62,858 bases of DNA from the IMG/VR virus record IMGVR_UViG_3300031974_002723, positions 1 to 62,858 of that record. The stretch is one strand, 5' to 3'. Position 1 is the stretch's first letter; each line of letters begins with the position of its first letter. The notes under the pieces were generated by a model that was not told the DNA's origin, did no database searches, and saw only the letters and a list, made by a program, of their open reading frames with translations. This DNA is from a virus. Its lineage: Duplodnaviria > Caudoviricetes. Below are positions 47,401 to 55,193 of the stretch, piece after piece. A program made the position numbers and the translations under genes.

Positions 47401-48079
47401 AAGAGGTTATCTCCCTGACAGCAGGCTGAGCAGAGGCGTTGGCGAACAGGGTGGAATCTCAGGCCTCGCAGAGCGTCTCATCAAGAAGTTCGAGTATACG
47501 ATTAGGGACAGGACGTTCGGTCTCTCTGACTTCCCAGTTAGGGTGAACTGGAAGGGCGAGGATATCACTCAGACTCCGAGGGGTGCAAACCAGATTGCAT
47601 ATCAGCTGTTCGACATCACGAAGTCAAGGCAAGGCAGTGCTGACCCGCTCTCCAATGAGATCTGGAGGTTGTACGAACAGACTGAGGAATTCACTGGTGT
47701 GTGCGGCACTCCGACCTACGCAAGTAGCAGGAAGCTCAGCGTACCGAACATCACCTCTAAGAAGGACATCAAGATGGTGAAGGACCTTGGCAGGGGGTAT
47801 ACATGGGTTAACGACGAGGAGTTCATGGCCGAGAAGGTGTACTTGACTACAGAGCAAATCAACAAGCTCATGAAGGTTAGCGGTCAGGCCAGATACAAAG
47901 AGGCAATGGAACTGATTCAAACCAAGAAGTATCAGGACGCTAACGACCAGGACAGGATTGAGATGCTGAACGAAGTCGCAGACAACTACAACAGCTCGAA
48001 GGAGTACGGGCCTAACGGATACAGGCGGCACACGATCCTTCTCTTCGACATGCTTCAAGAGATTTACGATGGCAGATAA
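38411..48079 (+). CDS. Giant multidomain (polyvalent) internal virion protein, 3222 aa
   Basis: Uninterrupted ORF after the ejection genes; embedded modules; no RNA polymerase DxDGD motif seen. Confidence 0.8.
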   Translation: MEEDYNQVIERLRSRGKTDDFIVNTLVYDPRYGVDRARAKVLVGVFDKKKDSQEITGISASQPSGIALDSSLEEGQKVEAAYANPSIDETKLDPALSQWRSYHLATGMTPGDRDVNMYDEEDMRMSYVTDAVDWSISNGKFEEGITREDILGNNKDKKFDPEKATIAKEAFDDFWSNVPDEVKEYQADEEQIKQRVAASRSLSIIKEYSKRMEQDFKSAHNELMASNKEYKDKVEHFQKRAAKGEISEIDATKEINRYFNIYSSDFFKDRLDAYRDEIISSLPEEMANDNDFLEDLSEDIYDRTNGQMKLNLDRDGVYNEDTWGITSMFYGMAANTMDLLAGPLSYVGSSNAPFFGYDSMEDMGLDIYGTFKEASNKLRGEQREYSDLFEDDWRGWNVFNKLGHLGLELVDSGGEMVPYLFAGSLPGALFLTGTMNTYIDSKYQDRDKIERGFAPVFGYNEVGGEAARLIMSLSVGAVQEYSKGILQRVGGRFLGKGTAAASDRYISKLLGGTAGEVTKGRAFSAYLLGQGVDALKEGGQEVIENAIQRAAEVGLGNSDLTMSEFLAESQMSFVEGVKGTVGIAGGGAVLNRKGALQSGERILGIDSSILTGPAAATNSIADPSSVDAEEGSDAPVLSNIDRETYGKTPEEIRKHKLKNEERYRVIKLRHPQSFESIQKMDERLMVLAHTAEAIYAKAEDRNVLDPKEVERLEAAQREFKSLIEARHRLFTSFDNEPTALTEAEAIAVERAHVAKAMNEMDLDIRQTREEMQKMKEEEGTLFYDADAYAEAENRLESLKRRQATARKLIGELEVAHKADAEARAQSNIKTKDGRDPIAERTSDAVLSAQNSLLDFMGIKNQEFDPEAPAQTSSTWSAETQSKNHYEDEASKGSTYTLDGVNQAGKPKASVSIFNERSEVVDGEMTQEEMTQKLQEFYENNKDILEGNEDILAIGTFYDAESGKTYIDISSVLDKDIAARLGKEYNQISVWDLELMKEIKTGGDGTVKGKMKPEADRIADIRNILEEETQRQKESQVEAEGAEATNQAVDTESARADRGIRGQYKDYGANKDGSVGVVAEGPLTRQMAKWINSRLPRTIKNILGEGKKLTIRVHNTAESGHFSNGKGDGEINGYYVEVNGKDITIHVNPEYISKKMDKTGKTLEAVMLEELQHVMIGPVLNKIYLENPALAQKMLAEMFELAKLHPDGKLVEQIKQKEKDYKAYYKGFDKDGKPLDKDLTDEQRAIVFEEMVLELTSELGLVWDGVNPEQKKSFFDKLRVWFNKVFQAAGANEFVIKDVTSVEQLVEAMAAIHSRGAGVSLDARVKNRLNNNERGAYSKARPVRVQSLPDEGSFTVRFMMPRYGRGSTEMSGVYTESVLASMDFNGKWHFVNWWKTATRMGQDRHGGWEIKMEGETEFKPLDADAMKRWKMSPPRRKMTYTEQVAQESRRKQEEASSIRELQDEFAEGKDTYEKQKHRDRAILKAAEEVFGEEEVQNRMEESNRGGKYFSTTKYTSEELTQIRLKLEENYGLRKPEDGDDVMVERASGSFYVNDMRRRQNQTNQERLDEMEEAAKRIVCGGVAFNCPIGNEALARLDMMRIVSESLYGKDPTPENMAQGLATLAEWSHLKRLERTGRDIRTIDEEIKSVFDQVSDFVEEIHPPSMLPANHRDHFGVFVAILAATSNGVYSPNNVRVAILIYDKYLSGIAGGRLPSKALDGEYIKKIREANPDVLVDKDDINKQRAGSIANALQGILADADDYYDPKTGRFDSEKMAKRYGTKRRGKPGPGGRSILGIDAEKTGEHAAGMMGYGKHAHLANEKHNRRVHHALQGKLALPVEDLVISQDAIKAAESLAELHEVTDAEINAQLKKFNKAEGGPLTESDHGWNDPAVRAIAAMYAIRNRKPGTKIYRDASSMLHTLLKRSSAYDGGSSRLDVDETKTRLVQEKAANELNKRFHNDGVDAEFTAYHVQQLMFETMTAEMAAYKEGELKDYSYAAVLDEAIQSMRDGNEGLDADMGASEMVTALDNMGNITRERAQMSFDFPSTGRVDNEVLAHDHPLYRNREMKDVGMVKQGDSFVVMSDALVSEALQSDKRSMQIMDENNPVEKGQKVAIRLNLNVKKNTGVPVQTVHDKTATGKALRYSGAVTLRNVELAVNQDAREKIVTFQENKFPMAAVQGEYVSEGVESSQLDGVKAVFNPFREHLFVDASGRAIKSAEEATVIGNTVVLRGKIEYFKMDDPILQRGKVESDKGKARRILRGDKYEKQLKRFQAYAEGALGMTFNNRAELEAAYDSMQVGSKVALSESDVAENMEVARERASIGGFIKQGKMRQTARKQAGSFLSTTREAIIANPENYIAPQSIKKIKSELEDMTDQELVQHLTDESVGRLSERNDDIGVLAGAEMIRRAIARGEVDRIPAIVAELAAIGTTAGRILRHFRELKASTPKGLASIIESAVTNNGNQLSDAQKAELKQITEQLFVEQSKVEDLTRRAVAGEKVDAELEAAIDAMKDTERKLDTFTTKYVEKGWGTLFGQLVQGNLLTTISQMFNIGANMVNAVGYVAVDLVSLPFEAAMMKIGKAMGKNIEDRRKASLMAYMYGFRKFGRGFIEAADQVITGQDRELSEWRMARGLAPFRSLKAAFEKDLPLGPDGKGSLSQRSKLFVQGTFGIPAEVMFRLLSLGDVPFRRFAEGVDLYQSAKSMGLEGEALQRYLKYPSKRDLQRAQREGRKLTFQEETAASKNVNNVLSSLEGIVARGLDSIGINGQEFAKALFKTMLPYRSTPANILYETFTWVNPYVGTIRMATQLRNGDVEESSKTLAKMMLGAVTMEAALMLISEGVISGPVMWDEDEEKNMAYDVFPPSSINISALRRLVNGEDPAHQADDYFFKYDKLGMFGAIMSTAVQSTDPEKLKQRDYSSPIQFASNTVSDFFGAGSFSAISAMMEQSFVQGLNGFIKVLIGDNVERDLENFLTTMFKAGSAAVLPNQLNAFYRAERGYLPDSRLSRGVGEQGGISGLAERLIKKFEYTIRDRTFGLSDFPVRVNWKGEDITQTPRGANQIAYQLFDITKSRQGSADPLSNEIWRLYEQTEEFTGVCGTPTYASSRKLSVPNITSKKDIKMVKDLGRGYTWVNDEEFMAEKVYLTTEQINKLMKVSGQARYKEAMELIQTKKYQDANDQDRIEMLNEVADNYNSSKEYGPNGYRRHTILLFDMLQEIYDGR

Positions 48080-48512
48080 AAAGTTTACAGACACAGCCGC
48101 TGGCAAGTGGCTTACGGAAAAGCTCCCAGAGATAGCTTCTAAGTTCACCAACGTGCTCCCAGACCAGGGGGCGCTTGGTGTTGTCAAAAGAATCGTGGAC
48201 GGAAGCCCAGAGTTGAGCGCGGCTGAGAAGATGGAGTTTGAGAGACTGGCGGCTGAGCAGGAGATCAGCGCTCAGGAGCAAGTCACCCGTAGATGGGAGG
48301 CTGATGCTAAGGGTGATGTCAAGCTTGCTAAGTACATCAGGCCAGTGACCCTGATCGTTCTCACTGTGTTCTTCATGACTGTCATGGTTTGGGATGGACT
48401 AGACCAAACATTTATGCCCCCAGAAAACTACATCAATCTGTTGGAGATCATAATGCTTACGGTGTTCGGAGCATACTTCGCTGGGCGGACTATAGAAAAA
48501 GTAAAAAGGTGA
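48069..48512 (+). CDS. Holin-like protein (GTA 3TM holin-like)
   Basis: RWEADAK...IRPVTL followed by two TM helices and AYFAGRTIEK. Confidence 0.7.
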   Translation: MADKKFTDTAAGKWLTEKLPEIASKFTNVLPDQGALGVVKRIVDGSPELSAAEKMEFERLAAEQEISAQEQVTRRWEADAKGDVKLAKYIRPVTLIVLTVFFMTVMVWDGLDQTFMPPENYINLLEIIMLTVFGAYFAGRTIEKVKR

Positions 48513-48535
48513 CCACAATAAGAATAGTAATAATT

Positions 48536-49858
48536 ATGATTGGACTCGGACTTGGAAGATGCTACCCAACTTACATGGGGGCATTATGTACAGACCTTGT
48601 GGTGGAGTGGCCTGAATCACAGCAGAATACTGATAGCGTTTTCTCGAATACTGGGGAAACGACAGAAACGGGGCAATCTATTGGTGGAGTTGATGACGCA
48701 ATAAAGATCACATTAAATGCCGATGCCACTTATCTACTTATTTCAGTAGGCTCCGACGTGATAACAGACCCTCACGTGTCTGCAACCATGTCTATTGATG
48801 TGTACACCGCCTCCTCTGGAATTCACGTTGATTACATTTATCTAAGAGGGTTTAACCTAGTTACTGATACTACTAGTGAGGGTTTGATTAGCGTCACACC
48901 AAACCAATGGAACACGCTGACGTACACTGTTGATTATAACGATTTGTATAGCGCACAATCGAGAGATAATCACAGGATCGCGTTCAACGTGAGGCCCTCC
49001 AGTGATCCAGCGGACCCAGAAATTCCTTCCGCCAATCCGATATACCTTAAAAATCTTAGCTTCAGCTACCATTGTGAAGAGCCAGTATATGTTCCAGAAA
49101 CTCTGAGCTACATAGATGTAGCCTCATGTTCTTATGATACATCTACGCTCACGGCGTCTTGCGTTTTTGAGGACTTCAGTAGCGCATATACTTCTACGTC
49201 GATTCCATTCTCGTATAGCTATGGTGGGTTCACACTGGATCTCCAAAGTGGAAATAGCCAATTTCAGCTTTTCTCACAGCTGCAAAGCGGAGAAGTAAGC
49301 GTTGTCTCTTTTGGGGGTAAGGATAATGTGCTCAAAGTATTGATGGGCACTACTGGTTTTGCCGATGGTTTTAGCCAGATTAGACTTGATCTGAACTTCC
49401 AGAGTGTCTTGAAAGACAGTAGCGGCAACTTGATACCGTTCAACACCATAGGGTGGCCTGATTATACTCATGTAATTGAGTACGAATATTATTTTGACAT
49501 CAACCCTACAGAAGACGACAATTCAGAAAACTTTGCGTACCACCGTTCCAATACTGTCTATGCTACAGGAGGATCAGCAACCCATACACTTTCAACTCAG
49601 ACACATACAGCGGATCTAGACGGAGGGCACAGAAAATGGAATACGGTAAGTTTGGTGCTGTGCGATCAGTACGTAGATAATGACCCAACCAAGATTAGGC
49701 AGCTTGATGTTTCTGGTTCTGGAAGTAATGGAGGGGCCAGGGCTTTGCATATACCCCCTGGACTTACAGCAACCGATCCTCAAGACGTCTCAAACCTCTA
49801 CGGCCCATCTGTGATTTACATATCAAAGTTCATACACAAAGTGTATCCGAGAACATAA
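48536..49858 (+). CDS. Second head-fibre-like protein
   Basis: MIGLGLG start at 48536; AT-richer sequence; beta-rich domains. Confidence 0.6.
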   Translation: MIGLGLGRCYPTYMGALCTDLVVEWPESQQNTDSVFSNTGETTETGQSIGGVDDAIKITLNADATYLLISVGSDVITDPHVSATMSIDVYTASSGIHVDYIYLRGFNLVTDTTSEGLISVTPNQWNTLTYTVDYNDLYSAQSRDNHRIAFNVRPSSDPADPEIPSANPIYLKNLSFSYHCEEPVYVPETLSYIDVASCSYDTSTLTASCVFEDFSSAYTSTSIPFSYSYGGFTLDLQSGNSQFQLFSQLQSGEVSVVSFGGKDNVLKVLMGTTGFADGFSQIRLDLNFQSVLKDSSGNLIPFNTIGWPDYTHVIEYEYYFDINPTEDDNSENFAYHRSNTVYATGGSATHTLSTQTHTADLDGGHRKWNTVSLVLCDQYVDNDPTKIRQLDVSGSGSNGGARALHIPPGLTATDPQDVSNLYGPSVIYISKFIHKVYPRT

Positions 49859-49886
49859 CATCAAACAAAAGAACAATACCTTCGCC

Positions 49887-50186
49887 ATGAAAGAAATACT
49901 AGAACAGATTGGGATCAACGTCGGTATCAGCGTGGCTGGACTATTTGGGTCCTTGCTCATGATCGGAAAGACGGCAACCACAAATCTCAAGACCACATTC
50001 TTTTCCCTCGTTTCTGGAGTGGCGTCTGCTAACTATATTACACCCATCGTACTGGATATCAGCGGTGTGGCCGATAAGTATCAGCTCTCTATCGGATTCA
50101 TTCTTGGCTTTCTTGGGCTGAAGGGGGTCGAGATCATAAGCAGCAGACTGCTGAATGAAGACGTAATCAAGAATAACAATGACTGA
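49887..50186 (+). CDS. Membrane protein (holin-like)
   Basis: Three hydrophobic helices; GFILGFLGLKGVE. Confidence 0.65.
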   Translation: MKEILEQIGINVGISVAGLFGSLLMIGKTATTNLKTTFFSLVSGVASANYITPIVLDISGVADKYQLSIGFILGFLGLKGVEIISSRLLNEDVIKNNND

Positions 50187-50469
50187 AATAAACCTCATTT
50201 GCAACATCATCATCGCTGGATCCATGTCCGCGTTTATCGTGTTTGCTTTCGGTAGAAGTAACTCTAGGCTTTATAGGCTCCCTGTGTACGAGCAATACCT
50301 TGTTAAGGCTGGGCTCTCATTGATTTCTGCTGGGGCTATGTTCAACGCTTTCACGCTTTCTACTCCTCCGTGGACTGAGGTTCTTCTGAATATTGGGTTG
50401 GCACTCACGTTTGTGTGGGCAGCCGTGTTTCACTACAACCACTTCGTAAAGAAAGCTAACGAAGAATGA
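50179..50469 (+). CDS. Membrane protein
   Basis: Three hydrophobic helices, 96 aa. Confidence 0.7.
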   Translation: MTEINLICNIIIAGSMSAFIVFAFGRSNSRLYRLPVYEQYLVKAGLSLISAGAMFNAFTLSTPPWTEVLLNIGLALTFVWAAVFHYNHFVKKANEE

Positions 50470-52454
50470 GAGCGAAAAAAAGCTGGCCTCCAGGAAACGA
50501 AATCTATGATCGTGACCAACAGATCGCTTATGCTAACATGCTACATCAGCTGGCTGCAGAATATGACGCAGCACAGGCTAGGCTCGATCAAGGTGAGATA
50601 CGCCCATCCCCGACATACCCAAACCTTTCCCCTTACCCGACGATTCAAGCTACAGAGCGTAGCCCTGAGTTGAGAGAAGAAAGGGGAAGGGCTAATCCAG
50701 CGTTTCAGTTGCTGGATAACTTTACTCCTATTGGTGATGTAAACGTCATTGCTGAGGGGCTTGGGTCTTTGCTGGAAAGAGACTGGGTTGGTGGTGGTGT
50801 TTCCCTCGGCGCTGGGCTTATATCCCTGCTTGGGCCTGGGAGCATAAGAACGGGTAAAGGGAGTCAGCGTCTGTTAGATCAATCTGGAAAGAAAGGGGTT
50901 TCTGTAAAGGCCATTAAGCAAGCAGCCCAAGGTGGTGACGTATCCAAGTCTGAAAAGGCTTTCCTGGGGATGCTGGCGACTAGAGCCGAGAACGCTGGCA
51001 TGACTCACGTAGACCCAGGAAACATGGGGACTGGAGGCTTGCGGTCAGTTAACGAGGAGGGCACCTCTTGGATGGACAACTGGGGGGTCGATCGGATAAT
51101 GGGCATCAACGAACTTGAAGCAGACGAGATTGCCGAGGCTGTTCAGTCAGGTAGGACTGCTGACCTGTGGGAGAGTGACATTGTGTTTAACGAACTCTCC
51201 GAACCAGGAGCGGTTGACGTGATTAAGCTGAAGGGAGATCAAGCAGTGTACGGACCCGCCAGCAGGAAGCACTTCCATGATGGAACACCAGGCCACGGCG
51301 GTATACATGCTCACGTTAGGGCTGTGCAAGACCCAAGCGAGCTTGTCAAAAGGCAGGAGGGAAAATGGAGTGACGGAAGGAACGTGTACACCATGCTTGA
51401 AATACAGAGCGATGCATTTCAAGCGGCTCACACGTCTAGATACTCCAATGTACTTGGTGACCCAAGTCACGATGTAATTCATGGGTCCAGCGCGTTAACT
51501 AGGATGGCCGCTGAAACGCCAGATAAGTTGACGTCTGTAATAGATAACATCGACGAGGTGTCAGACGCCATCATCGAAGCGATGGAGAAAGAAGGATTTG
51601 CACCGAACATGGAGACGGGCAAAATGCCAAAGGATTTGTATGACCAGTTTGGAAGCAGTTTGAGCGCCAAGAAGCCAGGAAACAGAGGTGGATTCCAGGG
51701 CATGATGGAAAGGCTTATCCAAAGCGGTCGTGTAACTCAAGAGCAGGTGGATGACTTTATCGTTGCTCAGCAAAGAGAGTTTGGGGAAGGCAGCTACTAT
51801 GACTTCAGGTTCGCGGAAGGAATCACAGAGCGAGAAGCGTTTGGTAGAAGGACTGGGATATACGACGAGTGGGATGAGGCTATTGACTACCACGAACCTT
51901 ATGAGATGCACCCGTGGGTTAGAGACGCCCTCGAAGTAAAGAAAAGCAACAAAGCATACAGAGAAGACATAGCTAGTCAGGAGTTTCTCAGCCATGCAGA
52001 ACTTGTAGGAAAGGGCCTGAAGGAGAAGTCCCCTATGAAGAAGACGTGGGTCAGGGAGGCGCTGGCCGCGTACTTTGAAAAAGGAGCCAGTAAAGGGGCC
52101 GAGGCGTTCAGGATCCCGACAAGGGAGACCGTAAACAAGATCCAAAACTACGACGAGTTCCTTAGGCAGTCAGATGTTACACGTAGAAGCCTCGTTAACC
52201 CTGAAGATGCCGAAGGCCTTCTGACCAAAGAAAAGGTTGAAGTCATCCTGAAGAGATACGACGATCTTCCAGAAGAGCTGAAGAAGATGGGGGTGGACGT
52301 AAGCAAGATCGAGACAGTAACTGACAGGTTTGGAAACACGTGGCTTGAGATCCCTCGCGATGCTGTTCCGTCCTCTGTTAAGGTGTTCCGTGATGGCGGT
52401 AGAATCAAGCCCGTTAAGGCGAGGACTTCTGGCGTCAGGGCAAAGAAGTGGTAA
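50466..52454 (+). CDS. Hypothetical protein with EIQSD motif
   Basis: 662 aa; starts MRAKK and ends VRAKKW; HVR..LEIQSD..TW..A..GA. Confidence 0.75.
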   Translation: MRAKKSWPPGNEIYDRDQQIAYANMLHQLAAEYDAAQARLDQGEIRPSPTYPNLSPYPTIQATERSPELREERGRANPAFQLLDNFTPIGDVNVIAEGLGSLLERDWVGGGVSLGAGLISLLGPGSIRTGKGSQRLLDQSGKKGVSVKAIKQAAQGGDVSKSEKAFLGMLATRAENAGMTHVDPGNMGTGGLRSVNEEGTSWMDNWGVDRIMGINELEADEIAEAVQSGRTADLWESDIVFNELSEPGAVDVIKLKGDQAVYGPASRKHFHDGTPGHGGIHAHVRAVQDPSELVKRQEGKWSDGRNVYTMLEIQSDAFQAAHTSRYSNVLGDPSHDVIHGSSALTRMAAETPDKLTSVIDNIDEVSDAIIEAMEKEGFAPNMETGKMPKDLYDQFGSSLSAKKPGNRGGFQGMMERLIQSGRVTQEQVDDFIVAQQREFGEGSYYDFRFAEGITEREAFGRRTGIYDEWDEAIDYHEPYEMHPWVRDALEVKKSNKAYREDIASQEFLSHAELVGKGLKEKSPMKKTWVREALAAYFEKGASKGAEAFRIPTRETVNKIQNYDEFLRQSDVTRRSLVNPEDAEGLLTKEKVEVILKRYDDLPEELKKMGVDVSKIETVTDRFGNTWLEIPRDAVPSSVKVFRDGGRIKPVKARTSGVRAKKW

Positions 52455-52482
52455 AGAAAGAGGGGACCCGAAGGCCCCCTCT
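52453..52482. terminator. Terminator between the convergent arms
   Basis: AGAGGGGACC-CGAA-GGCCCCCTCT; U-tract on the minus strand. Confidence 0.8.
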
Positions 52483-52560
52483 CTAAGGTTAGCGAAATTA
52501 CCCCGCACTAAGTCGGTGTAACGGTGCTAAGATAGTACAACTGGCTTATCCAGCATTCGC

Positions 52561-54453
52561 TTATCGGACGGGACATGCTCCAGTATCGCAGTTGTCGATC
52601 TCGACTTCTTCGAGCGAAACGCTGTCCAAGGACGTGATCGGGGTGACACTAGCTTTCATCTCCTCGTACTGCTCTTTCGTAATCTCTTCCAGCGGAGCCT
52701 GATCGAAACCATGATCGCTGTGGAGGAGGAAGGAAACAGACTTGGTGTTGTGGTAGTTGTCGTGCAACCACCAGCGAATAGCCTCCAGCTCTTCCTTGCG
52801 GTAGTAGATGGTTACGCTAACGCTGTTGTCGCTCCACTCCAGTTGCAGGCGCTTGATGACCTCCAGCTGATCGATAGCAGACATGTCCGTACCGAACTGC
52901 GTGCCCTCAGGGAAGGAACACGGGAAGCTGACCACCACGGTGCTGTGGTCCTCGGTCCCGTCGAAGTTACGGACGTACTCTACGTGGTACCCATTGCTCC
53001 GAGCAACTCGTGCAAGCTCGCTATCTGTAGCCATTCGGATTCTCCTAATGTAGTATTGGGAGTATCCAGGGTGAGCCCCTGGTGTAACACCAGCAAGTAG
53101 AGACAGCGTTCCAGAGGGCTTAACTGTAGTAAGTTTAATGGAAGGAGGGAAACCATGGAGTTTCGAGTATTCTTCGTCGTACTTGCGAATATACGTATAG
53201 GCTTTATCCAACCAAGACTTTTGTTCTTCAGTAGCCTGCAGGTAGCCCGTCACACCAATCCCCATCCTCATGTTCTTGTGGACGATGTCCTCGGTCTCCT
53301 TGAGGGAGCATGGGATGGCGAGGCTGTGCTTGTTCACCCTGTACAGATAGCGCAACACCTTCCTCAACTCCTCATAGTTCTCGATGTTCGGGAGGTACAC
53401 CTCAGCCAAACAGCAGGTCTCGAAGTTGGCGAGGCTCTGCTCAGCACAGGGGTTGTATCCCATGACATCGGGGTCGGGGTATTGAACGTCACCCGTCCTG
53501 CCCTGCCTACGTGAAGCGGTCAGGTTGATCAACCCGTAAGGCTCTCCGTTACCCTTGTATCCATCCCAGAACTCCTCAGGAAGCTTCCCGATGTCGTCGC
53601 AGATGACGGAGTTATTGGACATGGCCCTCCAGTTCGGGATGTTGCCCAAGTCCCAACGCTTAGCACGCAGGAACTCGATGTCGTCATGATCACCCAGCGC
53701 GATTTGAGCGGATCGGCGGACGTTACCAGCCACCACGATCTTACCGATGATGTTCATGATATCGAGGCAATCCACGCTGGACAGGCGGCGGCCAGCCTTG
53801 GCGTTCAGGATCTTGTTGATCTCCAGCATACCCCAGACCAGGTCCTCGCTACCGCTGGCGGTACCACCGAAGCCCTTGATCTTTGCGCCCTTCGGACGGA
53901 TGAGGTGAGTGGCAAAGCGGAATCCTTCTCCAGTCTCGAAGCTTGCACGGAGGACCTTGTCCAACAGCTTCACCCATCCCTCACGAGAATCAGGGACAAT
54001 GAAGTCGGCGTCGTTGGAGTCGTCGCGTTCCACCTGAACCTTCGACTTCACCTTCGGGAGCTGGTACACGTGCTCGCGCTGGATGTTGAATCCCACCCCG
54101 CTTCCGAGCATAAGCATCTCGAAGGCCCAAGTGAACGGGCGGATAGGCTCATCTACCACAACGAAAGAACAGTTTTGCAAGGACGGGAGACCAAGGCGAT
54201 CGACGGTCTTGGTGCCGAGTTGCCACAGGAATCGTCCAGCCACGGTGCCTTTCAGCTCCAGCATGATGTTCCTGAGCTCCTCCTGCTCATACTCTTGGAA
54301 GTTGCATCCGAGCTGTTCGTTGCACGCCTGTACGACGCGCTCAACGGTATCGGGCCACTCCTCAGTCTTTCCGTCTTCGGTAGGTCGAGAGTACGTTCGC
54401 TTGAACGTGGGGTATCCTACCTCACCCCATGGGATAAGTTTTTCTGTCTTCAT
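52561..54453 (-). CDS. nrdJ: Adenosylcobalamin-dependent (class II) ribonucleotide reductase
   Basis: GRFLW, NC, VAGNVRRSA, NPCAEQ, TVKPSGT, C-terminal C..GACP; no beta-subunit gene. Confidence 0.92.
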   Translation of the reverse strand: MKTEKLIPWGEVGYPTFKRTYSRPTEDGKTEEWPDTVERVVQACNEQLGCNFQEYEQEELRNIMLELKGTVAGRFLWQLGTKTVDRLGLPSLQNCSFVVVDEPIRPFTWAFEMLMLGSGVGFNIQREHVYQLPKVKSKVQVERDDSNDADFIVPDSREGWVKLLDKVLRASFETGEGFRFATHLIRPKGAKIKGFGGTASGSEDLVWGMLEINKILNAKAGRRLSSVDCLDIMNIIGKIVVAGNVRRSAQIALGDHDDIEFLRAKRWDLGNIPNWRAMSNNSVICDDIGKLPEEFWDGYKGNGEPYGLINLTASRRQGRTGDVQYPDPDVMGYNPCAEQSLANFETCCLAEVYLPNIENYEELRKVLRYLYRVNKHSLAIPCSLKETEDIVHKNMRMGIGVTGYLQATEEQKSWLDKAYTYIRKYDEEYSKLHGFPPSIKLTTVKPSGTLSLLAGVTPGAHPGYSQYYIRRIRMATDSELARVARSNGYHVEYVRNFDGTEDHSTVVVSFPCSFPEGTQFGTDMSAIDQLEVIKRLQLEWSDNSVSVTIYYRKEELEAIRWWLHDNYHNTKSVSFLLHSDHGFDQAPLEEITKEQYEEMKASVTPITSLDSVSLEEVEIDNCDTGACPVR

Positions 54454-54481
54454 TTTTTAAAAGGAAAGGCTTGCAAGATAG

Positions 54482-54982
54482 TCAGAATTCTCTTGAGTAC
54501 CGCCATACTCGGTAGGTACTTAAAGTCCTGAGGTCGTGCAAGTTAAGTTTGGTTATCAGATCCTGGCGGTCCTTCCTGCGGTACTTCTGCTTGTAGGCAT
54601 CCCTCTTGTTGGAGACGATCGTTGCGTCCCTGAGTTCGTCCTCAGTGTAGTGCAGAAGTTCCACCCGATCCACGATTGAGAATCCTCCTTCCTCTGGCAT
54701 ATCGAAGGCGATGATCTTTGCACCACCGTACAGCCAGCCAGGATTCCCTCTTACGTTCATTAACTCCACCCAAATCTCGTCGGGCAGGTTGTTACCCTTT
54801 ACGTCCACTCCCCACTTACCCATGTTGTTATGGGCAAGCCAGTAGTCTACATGCTCGTGTATGTCCTCAGTATGCGAGGACTTCTTTACGTCCAGACCTA
54901 ACTCCTCAGCCGCTCTCACAAACCGAACCTCAGCTACCCTTCCCGTCGAGCCCGAATAGGCCCTCCGCTTTTGGCTCACCAT
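54482..54982 (-). CDS. PD-(D/E)XK nuclease-like protein
   Basis: EHVD..VDVKG..WVE..GWLYG. Confidence 0.6.
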   Translation of the reverse strand: MVSQKRRAYSGSTGRVAEVRFVRAAEELGLDVKKSSHTEDIHEHVDYWLAHNNMGKWGVDVKGNNLPDEIWVELMNVRGNPGWLYGGAKIIAFDMPEEGGFSIVDRVELLHYTEDELRDATIVSNKRDAYKQKYRRKDRQDLITKLNLHDLRTLSTYRVWRYSREF

Positions 54983-55193
54983 GAGCTTCGTAGAATTGGT
55001 TAGAGGCTTCGCGAACGAGGTCCAGCTCGTAGTTGATCTGTTGCCGAACCTTTTGGGTCAGCTCGATCACGTATCCTGGGTGCCGCTTTGGATCACCCTC
55101 GCGGTTGTAGAGGTCTTCATAGAAGTTCGCTATCAGGCGGTGCATCCTCTCGCATGCTATTCCGTAGCTTCTTCCCACGTCTTCCTTTGTCAT
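54930..55193 (-). CDS. Hypothetical protein
   Basis: 87-aa ORF within the replication operon. Confidence 0.6.
   Translation of the reverse strand: MTKEDVGRSYGIACERMHRLIANFYEDLYNREGDPKRHPGYVIELTQKVRQQINYELDLVREASNQFYEAHGEPKAEGLFGLDGKGS

Noticed and set aside
38411-48079. Giant protein as a crAss-type virion RNA polymerase
   Set aside because: No DxDGD/DFDID catalytic motif seen, and early genes have host-type promoters.
6049-52454. Stop-codon reassignment
   Set aside because: Long genes are intact under the standard code and no suppressor tRNA is present.
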